From assembly GCF_018350175.1 (NCBI RefSeq), contig NC_058383.1, positions 7,874,001 through 7,938,000 on the forward strand: a stretch of DNA of 64,000 bases, read 5' to 3'. The notes under the pieces are model-generated. The model was not told where the DNA came from. It searched no databases and saw nothing but the letters and a program-made list of their open reading frames with translations. Origin of the DNA: Felis catus (Eukaryota). Shown one piece after another: positions 12,701 to 23,363 of the stretch (position 1 is its first letter; each line of letters begins with the position of its first letter). The translations under genes were made by a program, and so were the position numbers.

Positions 12701-15200
12701 GATAATCTGGCTCTGCTTCTAGCATATCCCTATTTCTCTAATAGGGAAGCCCCCTTCTCGCGGGCCCGGGTCTTTTGTGGGCAGGCCCCGGTTGCATCAT
12801 TGCTCTTAACGTCCTTTGTTGGTCTTTCCTTGCTTGAGTAAAGATTCAAAGACGATTCTAGGGTTCTGAGGACGTGGGGATTAGAGGAAGAAGCGTAACG
12901 TGACTCGCTCAGTGGGGTTTCTGTTCCTCTGCTTTTCCAGCTTTGTAAAAGATACCCCGGCTTCATGCGTGTGGCGCTGTCAGAACCCCAGCCTGAGAGG
13001 AGGTGAGGAATGGAGAGAAGAGTGACCCTGGATACCCTGGAGATAAGGTGCAGGGGAAGGCTAATGGCCAGCATCTCCTCCACCAGCCAGGATTATGCTG
13101 ACCCTTTCTTTTGTAGGTTTTTCCGCCGCGGCTGGGTGACCTTTGATCGCAGTGTTAACATCAAAGAGATCTGTTGGAACCTGCAGAATATCCGAGTAAG
13201 TGCGGAATGGGCTCTCAGTTGCACACAACCTCGGATTCCTTTGTTCTTTGATTCACCCGTCGAGCCCCCTATTTCATCCACTCAGTCTGCTCACATTAAG
13301 AATATGCTAGGGGCGCCTGGGTGGCGCAGTCGGTTAAGCGTCCGACTTCAGCCAGGTCACGATCTCGCGGTCCGTGAGTTCGAGCCCTGCGTCAGGCTCT
13401 GGGCTGATGGCTCGGAGCCTGGAGCCTGTTTCCGATTCTGTGTCTCCCTCTCTCTCTGCCCCTCCCCCGTTCATGCTCTGTTTCTCTCTGTCCCACAAAT
13501 AAATAAAAACCGTTGAAAAAAACATTAAAAAAAAAAAAAAAAAAAAGAACATGCTGTTGTCTCTGGGCTGGGCTCTGGGGCTGTTACTGCGAGTAAGACT
13601 TCTGGTCCCTTTTCTCCGTGAGCTCAGTCTAATCACTGATCTAATTAGTAGGCCAGTCTTTGAGTTGCTGCTTTTTGGGGCAAGTGTTGGTAAGCTTTTT
13701 GTTCCCTCCAGCTCCGAGAATGTGAGCTGAGCCCTGGTGTGAACAGAGACCTGACCCGTCGAGTCCGCAACATCAATGGCATTACCCAGCACAAGCAGAT
13801 CGTGCGCAACGACATCAAGTTGGCAGCCAAACTGATCCATACGCTGGATGACAGGACCCAGCTCTGGGCCTCTGAGCCTGGGACACCTCCTCTGCCAACA
13901 GTCAGTGACTCCCCGTGGAACTTTTTCAAAAGCAGTCATGTCGTCTGCTTGGGCACCTCTGGTCTTGTCTCACTTGATCTGTAGTGTTGACCCCTTGTAC
14001 TTGGGCTCTCTATCTGGGCAGCACCTCCAGCTTCCAGCAGGACAGGTTGGCATTAGTGATGATTTGCTAGGGATAGAATGAATAAAAAAAGACAAACAAT
14101 GAAACAGTGGTAATAGGCCCAGTGAACCCTGGATTCCTTTCTGCTTCACGTGAAGAGGTTCCTGGGCTTCTCTGCCTCACCTGTTCTTTTTCCTCCCCAC
14201 CAGAGTCTGCCCTCCCAGAACCCAATCTTGAAGAATATCACGGACTATCTGATTGAGGAAGTGAGCGCGGAGGAGGAGGAGCTGCTCGGGAGCAGTGGGG
14301 GGGCCCCCCCTGAGGAGCCCCCTAAGGAGGGGAACCCGGCAGAGATCAACGTGGAGCGGGATGAGAAACTGATCAAGGTGCCCGCGAGAGCAGAGTGTGG
14401 CAAGAGCAGGCGGGCAGGATCCTCCTGGTTTAGAGCATCGGAGGGGCAAGAGTGTGGTGAACTCACAGCTGCTCATTTCTCTTAGGTTTTGGACAAACTC
14501 CTCCTCTATTTGCGCATCGTGCATTCCCTGGATTATTATAACACGTGCGAGTACCCCAATGAGGATGAAATGCCCAACCGCTGTGGCATCATCCACGTTC
14601 GTGGGCCCATGCCACCCAACCGCATTAGTCATGGAGAAGGTGGGCTCCCAGCTTCCCCAGTCCTGATTCCCCTTTGGTTTCCCTTTCTCTTCAGCTGCCT
14701 CTGGCCTTAGATGTGTTTGGATAGCAGTGCCCTACCACCCTCTCCTTTTATCCCCTCCTTTTTGATTGTCGATGCCAGCGTGGGGCTCAAACTCACAACC
14801 CTGAGATCAGCAGTCACGTGCTGTAGTGACTGAGCCAGCCAGGTGCCCCTTATCTCTTATTCCTTGCTTCTGGCTCCCCTCTCCAACCTGTCGTCTGTTC
14901 CAAATCGCAGTGCTAGAGTGGCAGAAGACATTCGAGGAGAAGCTGGCTCCACTGCTGAGTGTACGGGAATCTCTTTCAGAGGAAGAGGCTCAGAAGATGG
15001 GTCGCAAAGACCCCGAGCAGGAAGTGGAAAAGTTTGTCACCTCTAACACTCAGGAACTGGGCAAGGATAAGTGGCTATGCCCTCTCAGTGGCAAGAAATT
15101 CAAGGTCTGGGATGTTAGGGAGTTGTGTGCTAGACCTGTGGGAGGAGGGGGTGGAGCCAGAAGCCTCCTCAGGCCTGGGGAGGAATGGGCTCCGTGGAAT

Positions 15201-15233
<33 letters not shown>

Positions 15234-16172
15234 GTGATCATCCTTCCACGTTGCTTGCCGTGTTCTGACTGACCCTTTTCCCCTTTACTCAGGGCCCTGA
15301 GTTTGTACGCAAACATATCTTCAACAAGCATGCAGAGAAAATTGAGGAAGTGAAGAAGGAGGTGGCGTTTTTTAACAACTTTCTCACTGATGCCAAGCGC
15401 CCAGCTCTGCCCGAGATCAAGCCAGCCCAGCCACCTGGCCCTGCCCAGAGTAAGATACGATCCATGAGGGTCTGCCACATTCCCTCTCCCTTGACTATTC
15501 AAGGACTCTGGTTCTCATACCTTGTGGTCCTCAGAAAACTTGTATCCCACTCTCAGGCCATATTCCTAAAAGCCAGTTGTCATTCCCCATTGCCTCCCCC
15601 CCCCCCCCCCCCCCGCAGTAATTCATGTTCCTGTCCATGTTGTACTCCCCCCAGGCCTGACCCCGGGACTCCCCTACCCACACCAGACTCCACAGGGCCT
15701 GATGCCCTATGGTCAGCCCCGGCCCCCCATCTTGGGCTATGGAGGTAAGTATAGGAGGGACATGAAAAGGCTTGGTGGATTATGAGGGGCTGGGAGAAAG
15801 GGAACTTAACCAAGGTGTAGTTGAGGTCACAGGTTTTCGACTCAACAGTGATCTCTCTCATAGCTGGTGCCGTCCGCCCTGCAGTCCCCACGGGAGGGCC
15901 TCCATACCCTCATGCCCCCTATGGTGCTGGTCGAGGGAACTATGATGCCTTTCGAGGCCAAGGAGGTTATCCTGGGAAGCCTCGAAACAGGTGAGAATGA
16001 GCTAAGGTGTGATGTGCAAGCTTTCTTGCCCTCTTTAAGCTCTCTTTTAGGGACCTTCAACTCTCCTTCTGTCTTACCTCTTTTTTTATCTCCCAGGATG
16101 GTCCGAGGAGACCCACGGGCTATTGTGGAGTACCGTGACCTGGATGCTCCAGATGATGTGGATTTCTTTTGA
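3759..16172 (+). CDS. SRRT: Serrate RNA effector / ARS2, complete, 19 coding exons
   Basis: Coding exons 3759-3880, 8036-8164, 8431-8576 (mostly N), 8835-9023, 10861-11030, 11161-11345, 11559-11657, 12168-12285, 12476-12633, 12941-13002, 13117-13195, 13712-13900, 14204-14377, 14486-14639, 14911-15104, 15293-15449, 15655(15643)-15744, 15864-15990, 16097-16172. Starts [21 protein letters not shown], ends [13 protein letters not shown]. With the gap exon at 147 nt and the 15643 acceptor the sum is 2631 nt = 876 aa. Confidence 0.97.
5778..6224 (+). mobile_element. CAN-SINE with a second SINE (5816-6031, minus strand) nested inside
   Basis: GGGACACCTGG head, TC tract and A tail split by an inverted SINE; near-duplicate TTAAATGTCCAAGTC / TTAAACGTCCAACTC at 5801-5815 and 6032-6046. 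Confidence 0.85.
6230..6466 (+). mobile_element. Feliform CAN-SINE
   Basis: tRNA-derived head (GGTGGCTCATTCAGTTGAGCGTCC, GGTCATGATCTC), TC tract, AATAAA-A tail. Confidence 0.9.
6795..7266 (-). mobile_element. Two CAN-SINEs (6795-7004, 7077-7266)
   Basis: Poly-T, GA tract, GAGATCATGACCTGAGC and CCACCCAGGTG(C/T)C ends, read on the plus strand. Confidence 0.9.
8434..8572. other. Assembly gap (139 N) covering most of SRRT coding exon 3
   Basis: N run between intact acceptor CAG|GGA and donor CCAG|GTAA; the resulting 146 nt exon must be a multiple of 3, so the gap is mis-sized. Confidence 0.95.
9462..9649. other. Assembly gap (188 N) in SRRT intron 5
   Basis: N run. Confidence 0.99.
11666..12083 (+). 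mobile_element. Two tandem CAN-SINEs (11666-11845, 11849-12083) starting 8 nt after a SRRT donor
   Basis: Two heads (GGGGCACCTGG, GGGCGCCTTCG), TC tracts and A tails. Confidence 0.9.
13310..13544 (+). mobile_element. Young felid CAN-SINE with TSD
   Basis: CpG-intact head GGGGCGCCTGGGTGGCGCAGTCGGTTAAGCG, long A tail, flanks AAGAATATGCT / AAGAACATGCT. Confidence 0.95.
14759..14850 (-). mobile_element. Short tRNA-derived SINE fragment
   Basis: GGGGCTCAAACTCAC...GACTGAGCCAGCCAGGTGCCCC. Confidence 0.75.
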
Positions 16173-16259
16173 GCTTTTCCTCATTCCTGGTATCGTCTAT
16201 ACTTGTGACTGCCTCCTCCCATCCAGTTGAGAATTTTTTGTACGTTCAACCCTACTGCC

Positions 16260-16265
16260 AATAAA
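16260..16265 (+). terminator. SRRT: SRRT polyadenylation signal AATAAA
   Basis: First AATAAA, 88 nt after the stop codon. Confidence 0.85.
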
Positions 16266-16288
16266 AGCACTTCCATAGTGACTGACTG

Positions 16289-16294
16289 TTTATT
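16289..16294 (-). terminator. UFSP1: UFSP1 (and probably distal ACHE) polyadenylation signal AATAAA
   Basis: TTTATT on plus strand, about 155 nt after the UFSP1 stop. Confidence 0.8.
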
Positions 16295-16449
16295 ACATAC
16301 CACCCCAAATTCTCCCCCCCCCCCCCCCAAGATGGGCTCGGGCCATCCATTTTATGGACTTCAAAGGCCCAGGGTAGCTTTTACGTTTAAGAAAGGGGGT
16401 AGGTGACTGTGTTTGGGGCCAGAGACCTCTCAGTTCTGGGACCTTAGCC

Positions 16450-17106
16450 TCAGTCCAGTGCGTGCTGCTGCTTTTGGGAGTTGCGGCTGGTCAAACACAG
16501 GTTGTAGAAGGAGTTGTGGTCAAAGGCTGTGCCCACCTCTCTCCATCCCACCCACCCAGCAGCCTGTAGTTCACTAGGGTTTTTCGCGGCACCCCAGAAG
16601 TGAGGGTCCAGTATCAGAACATAGGCTTCCGTGCCTGATCCCAGGCAAACCCCCAGCAAGGCCTTGGACTGGGCGTCCGCATCCCCCCCAACCATTACAG
16701 GCCCCCCGCCCCCTGCGAAGTGGGAGTAAAGCCTCTCCAGTTCCCCCTGAAGCCCTGCTCCACGGGGTATGTGACATAGGCGCCCCTGGGGCCCTCCGAA
16801 GTGGTCGAGACAGAGACTGGCTTCTACACAACCGATCCAGCTCTGGGAGCCCCGGAACCCGGGGGGCTTGTCGCCCATGTCCTCCAGGGCCGCCTGCACT
16901 TCGGCCAGCCCGGGCACGCCCGCGGGCCGGCCCTCTGGCCATGAGCACAGCGTCTGCAGGGTGCGGTAGCCGCAGCCCCAGCCCCGGTCGTCCAAGCCGT
17001 CGCAGCCGTAGTGATAGTAAAGGTAGTGGCCCGAGAGGAGGGCCAGGCGAGCGGGGCCGCGGCCGGGCGGGGCCAGGCCCAGGTGGACGTCCTTCAGCGG
17101 CTCCAG
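16450..17106 (-). CDS. UFSP1: UFM1-specific protease 1, intronless, 218 aa from a CUG start
   Basis: [24 protein letters not shown] (catalytic Cys 16972-16974) and LDPH box (16600-16611). First in-frame ATG (16878) is downstream of the Cys; ACCGCC-CTG-G at 17106. The ORF-track start at 17181 is TTG. Confidence 0.9.
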   Translation of the reverse strand: MEPLKDVHLGLAPPGRGPARLALLSGHYLYYHYGCDGLDDRGWGCGYRTLQTLCSWPEGRPAGVPGLAEVQAALEDMGDKPPGFRGSQSWIGCVEASLCLDHFGGPQGRLCHIPRGAGLQGELERLYSHFAGGGGPVMVGGDADAQSKALLGVCLGSGTEAYVLILDPHFWGAAKNPSELQAAGWVGWREVGTAFDHNSFYNLCLTSRNSQKQQHALD

Positions 17107-17279
17107 GGCGGTCGGCGGGCGCGGCGGTGGCCGAGACCAGGCCGATGTGTCCTGGCGGCGCGGAGGGAACTCCGGCTCCAACTCTCCCTCTCTACCCTGG
17201 GTGTTGGGCTAGTCGCAGGCAGGACCGGCGCGCGGGCTCTGCGGACGCTCTCGCCCGGTGTCCGGTGGCGGCAACAGCG

Positions 17280-17500
17280 GCGCGACCCGCGTGGGCTGAG
17301 AAGACAGCGATCCCCGAGGCTCCCACAATGCACCGCCGCGCCGCCGTCGTGGTTACTGCGCGGGCGCGAGCCCCGCCTCCTAGGGCGGGGCGGTGGGAGC
17401 GGGCGCGCTCCGCCCCACTACCGAGATCCGCAAGTTCACCTAGCTCTGCACCCGCCCCTCCGTCTACTCAGTCCTGGTGTTTGAGGCCCTCTCCCCGCTC
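17280..17500 (-). promoter_or_regulatory. UFSP1: GC-box CpG promoter of UFSP1, directly behind the ACHE poly(A) signal
   Basis: Several GGGCGG/CCGCCC boxes at 17370-17460, high CpG density. Confidence 0.6.
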
Positions 17501-17532
17501 CCTAGTCGCGCACACTCCTGTGGCTGTAACAG

Positions 17533-17538
17533 TTTATT
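17533..17538 (-). terminator. ACHE: ACHE proximal polyadenylation signal AATAAA
   Basis: Minus-strand CCAATAAACTGTTACAGCC downstream of the exon-6 3' UTR. Confidence 0.85.
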
Positions 17539-17682
17539 GGCAGCCCAGAGGGGCCAAGGCACCGCGGGGGGGGGGGGGGGGGGGGGGAGGGGGGAGGGGG
17601 GCTCGGCCCGAAACATGCAGAGGACGGGGAGCCTCCGGGGAAAGTCGGGGAGGTGGGCTTCTCTGTGTTATATCCCAGCCCT

Positions 17683-17692
17683 TAAATAAATA
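17683..17692 (-). promoter_or_regulatory. ACHE: AU-rich element in ACHE 3' UTR
   Basis: UAUUUAUUUA in CTAGCTGTATATACTATTTATTTAAGGGCTGGG; an ELAV/HuD-bound ARE is established for the ACHE 3' UTR. Confidence 0.7.
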
Positions 17693-17744
17693 GTATATAC
17701 AGCTAGGGGGCCGGGCGGGGCGGGCAGGGCGGGGAGACGTAGGG

Positions 17745-17884
17745 NNNNNNNNNNNNNNNNNNNNNNNNNNNNNNNNNNNNNNNNNNNNNNNNNNNNNNNN
17801 NNNNNNNNNNNNNNNNNNNNNNNNNNNNNNNNNNNNNNNNNNNNNNNNNNNNNNNNNNNNNNNNNNNNNNNNNNNNNNNNNNNN
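17745..17884 (-). other. ACHE: Assembly gap (140 N) where the ACHE exon-6 (T peptide) coding sequence should lie
   Basis: Pyrimidine-rich intron end on one side, exon-6 3' UTR on the other; the 122-nt T-peptide CDS is found nowhere else and fits the gap. Confidence 0.85.
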
Positions 17885-18486
17885 CCAGGGCGCCCGGCAA
17901 ATGGGTTGGAGGAGGACAAGGGGAAGGTCGGGGAACGTACAAGGTGGGGGGCGTGAGTGCAGGAGGATACAAGGAGAACGCAGGATGGCACGTAGGACGG
18001 TGGAAAGAGGACCAGAAGAATACGCGAAAGACGAAGACCAGAGGAAGGATGAAGGTGGAGGCGGAGCCAGAGAAGGATGGCGGGAAGGAAGGCGGAGGGA
18101 GGAGAAAATGACCGGAAGATAGGGGGGCAGAAAGGATCAGAAGAGGGAGGATCCGTGGGTTGTGGGGAAAAGAGAAGAGACAGAAATGGTTGACGGTTAT
18201 AGCCCCTCAAGGGGGTGCTATCTAGCTCCTGGCCCTCCCTCTCGGCCCCCCCCCCCCCCCCCCCCAGGCTCAGGCTCCAAATAATTCCATTTAAACAACA
18301 AAGTCGTGTGGGTCCCTGAGACGGGTCGTAAGTCACCACCCCCTCGCAGCACTGGCCAGTTTGAGTCTCTCTGTTTGAGGAAGGAAGGTGCGCTGGGTCG
18401 GAGATCCCTGAGTGGGGCCCTTCCCCACTGTCCGACCACTCATTAGAGGAGGGGCCCCCTGAGGCCGGAGGGGTAAGTGGCCTTGG

Positions 18487-18614
18487 TCACAGCCGCAGGA
18501 GTCGGGAGAGGAGGAGGAAGAGGAGGAGAAGGAGGGGCAGGGAAAGGCCGGGCCTGGGCCTCGGGGCAGCCTCCCCGTGGGCGGGGCCTGAGCAGGTGCT
18601 GGGAGCCTTCGAGG
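18487..18614 (-). CDS. ACHE: ACHE exon 5 (H variant, GPI-anchor signal)
   Basis: Acceptor CAG at 18615-18617; [42 protein letters not shown]-stop, 42 aa with one Cys and a hydrophobic tail. Confidence 0.9.
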
Positions 18615-18727
18615 CTGGGGGGGGGAGAAGAGAGGGGTTACACCCGGCCCGCTCCCACTCCCCTCTCTCTCTTCACTCCCCCTTTCTGCCCTCTCCCGCC
18701 AGCCCCTGCCCGCTGGCCCCTGCCTAC

Positions 18728-18897
18728 CGGTTGCGCTGAGCAATTTGGGTAGGAAGCGGTTCCAGAAAGCGCAGGCCTGGGCGCGCAGCCCTCGCCGAAC
18801 CTCCAGCGGCCGCAGGTCCAGGCTCACATACTGCTGCGCGCCCGCCGTGTATGGTGGCCACTGCGGGACTTTGGGGTCTCGGGGGTCATTGGGGTCC
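18728..18897 (-). CDS. ACHE: ACHE exon 4
   Basis: 170 nt, AG/GT; [56 protein letters not shown]. Confidence 0.97.
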
Positions 18898-19430
18898 CTT
18901 TGGAAGGAAAGGGCAGGCTCAGCCTGGGGCAAGCCTGCCTCCCCCTCCCCTGCCCTTGGGACTGTGGCCTGGAGACCCAGAGCAGGAGGAGGCGGGCTGC
19001 TTCCTGACCCCCCCCCCCCCCCCCCCCCCCCCGCGCCGTGCCCTTTTTTGCTCCGTGGAGAGCCCATCCCCTCCTTCCCACCACCGCCTTCGGCCCTCCT
19101 TCTGGTCTCCCGAATCCCCCATCATCTGGAGCCAACCCTTTCCTCTGCCCTCCCTCTTTCTGCCTTTCCTTGTTTTACCCCTCCATCTTTGTCTTTGTTT
19201 CTCCACTTAAAAAACTGAGCCCTTACTATGTAACCAGGCCCAGTCCTCTTTCTTACAAACATCTTGTTTGCTTTTGCCAACACCCATGTGCTGTCCCATT
19301 TCCGGTCCCCTTTTTGGGACAGGTAAACTGGTGTGTGAGTATCCATGCATATGTGCATGCCACACAGCTGCCACAATCACCACTGGGCCGACTGAATCCA
19401 GTTCTGTACAGTTCAAGCTCCTCAGTACTA

Positions 19431-20255
<825 letters not shown>

Positions 20256-20468
20256 CTATAAGGTTGGGGAAGGGACAGAGAGAAAGAGAAAATGCACCCA
20301 CGTTTCCTTTTCTCTCTGTCCCACTGACCACCCTGGGATCTGAGGTCTCAGGGAGGAGGGTTTGGCCAGGGGCCAGAAGCCCAGGCCTTTGGGAGTTGGG
20401 TCTTGAGGTGCCTTCATGCCTGGGTCCCTGGGGGTGTGGGGTATGGGAGAACAGGCCTAGAGGAGTCA

Positions 20469-21632
<1,164 letters not shown>

Positions 21633-22469
21633 TTAGGTAACACTCTTGCCCAGGGGTTATCACTGAGCTGCAGAGGAGGTGGGGCAGGTTGGGAGAGAAA
21701 TGGAGAGAGACAGGCAGAGACAAGGACACAGACAGGGAGAAGCAAGAGGGGACAGAGACAGGCACACAGACACAACACCCAGACAGATGAACGCAGGGAA
21801 CCCAGATGAGGCCAGAGATGGGGGCAATACCTTCCCGAAGCTGCCCCACAGAGGGCCCACCACCCTCACCTCCTTCCCCCGACGGGGTGGACTGCGTTGG
21901 GCCCGGCGTGAGCAGTGTGGGCACCCACACCAGAGATCGCAGTCCACACACAGGCCACCCGACAGGGGCGGGGCCCTCACTGACGGGAGGCGCTGATGGG
22001 GAAGCTTGCGGTGGCGTGAAGGCGCAGGCTCTCTGGCGTTGGCCAGGGTCGGGGACCCTGGGGGGTGGGTTGGGCATCAAGGGTGTGGGAGCTGCAGGTC
22101 CCGGGGCACCCCAAATCCCGCTTACTCCCCACCCTGCCCCACCCTGCCCTTCCTCATCCACTGTCCGGCACGGGGTACCCGTGGGTGCCGGTCAGCTGCG
22201 CACTCGCCTCGCCCAGCCTCAGGGAACAGGCTCGTCAGCCCCGTCCCCCCCAGGACTCGAGTCCCCCATCCATCCGATGCTGAGGGGCACGCTGCCGCCA
22301 GTGGGGGGCAGTAGAGACCGAGAAAAGGACGGCGCTCCCCGCCCCGAGTCCGGGAGCCGGGAACTTGGGGCGGGGGTCTGGAGGCTCGCGGGCCTTGCGA
22401 AGGGGTCTGAAGGGCGGCGAACCCGGACGCCTGTCTTCTCGGAGCTCCGGAGATCCCCGGCTGCAGGGG

Positions 22470-22710
22470 CGAGGGGGCTATTTTGGGGCAGCAGCTGCTG
22501 CGGTTCCGGCATCTCCAGCCAAGGGATCAAAATTCCCCGGGTCGGAACTCCCCCCCTCTCTCGGCGGTCACCTCTCACCCAGCCAACACCCGCCGCCCTG
22601 CGGCTGGGGGGTGGTGGTGGTGGTGCTGGAGATTAACTAGGAAACCCGAGTGAGGCTAATTATAACTCGGGGCTTCCGCTGAGCCTCCCCTTTCCCCAAA
22701 ATAGAGACGG
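22470..22710. promoter_or_regulatory. ACHE: Candidate ACHE intron-1 muscle/synapse enhancer
   Basis: E-box CAGCTG 22492-22497, N-box TTCCGG 22504-22509, MEF2 consensus CTAATTATAA 22656-22665; an intron-1 muscle enhancer is established for mammalian ACHE. Confidence 0.65.
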
Positions 22711-23145
22711 AGTCCCCGTGGGAGGGGGACGCCTGGGCCTGGAAGGGGGCTTCGGCTGGGCGCTGCGCAGGGGCGCTGCGGTTGCGGGATCTGGAGGGGG
22801 GGCAGCCAGCCCGGCGCCAGGAACCTGCGCAGCTCGGGTTCCGCCCCAAGCAGGGGGCGTCGGCCAGTGGTCTCAGACTTGGGCGGGCGGGGGAAGGGAC
22901 GCTCGGGGGTCCCCACAGGAATTCCAGAGCAGAGGCGGCGGCCGGCCCCGCGGGGTGCAGGCTCCCGCGCGGGCGACCGTAAGTATTCGGCGGAAAGGCA
23001 AGAGTTAAGGATGAGTGTGGGGCGGCGGGGGGCGTCGCTGGGCAGGCCCGGGGGCGCGGGGGGCGTCCCGTTTGGGGGCCTGGATCCCTCCGAGAGCGCA
23101 CATTTTCCCCGGACGCGGAATGGGCCGCGGGCCGGGGGAGGGTCC

Positions 23146-23363
23146 NNNNNNNNNNNNNNNNNNNNNNNNNNNNNNNNNNNNNNNNNNNNNNNNNNNNNNN
23201 NNNNNNNNNNNNNNNNNNNNNNNNNNNNNNNNNNNNNNNNNNNNNNNNNNNNNNNNNNNNNNNNNNNNNNNNNNNNNNNNNNNNNNNNNNNNNNNNNNNN
23301 NNNNNNNNNNNNNNNNNNNNNNNNNNNNNNNNNNNNNNNNNNNNNNNNNNNNNNNNNNNNNNN
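23146..23363. other. Assembly gap (~218 N), probably containing the main non-coding ACHE exon 1
   Basis: N run inside the ACHE CpG island; the canonical exon 1 and its donor were not found elsewhere. Confidence 0.65.

Noticed and set aside
13310-13400. tRNA-like A/B boxes
   Set aside because: Heads of tRNA-derived SINEs followed by TC tract and A tail; no complete cloverleaf gene.
15201-15232. G32 run and other long G/C homopolymers (about 15594, 16313, 17566, 18246, 19007) as G-quadruplex elements
   Set aside because: Lengths are unreliable in an assembly with GC-linked gaps; cannot separate biology from sequencing artefact.
17107-17181. 25-aa N-terminal extension of UFSP1 in the ORF track
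   Set aside because: Starts at TTG in poor context; similarity to known UFSP1 begins at the CUG at 17106.
17685-17690. Plus-strand AATAAA as an antisense poly(A) signal
   Set aside because: It is the complement of the ACHE AU-rich element.
22976-22984. Plus-strand GTAAGT donor suggesting an ACHE antisense exon
   Set aside because: A hexamer expected many times by chance; weak exonic side (ACC); no partner exon found.
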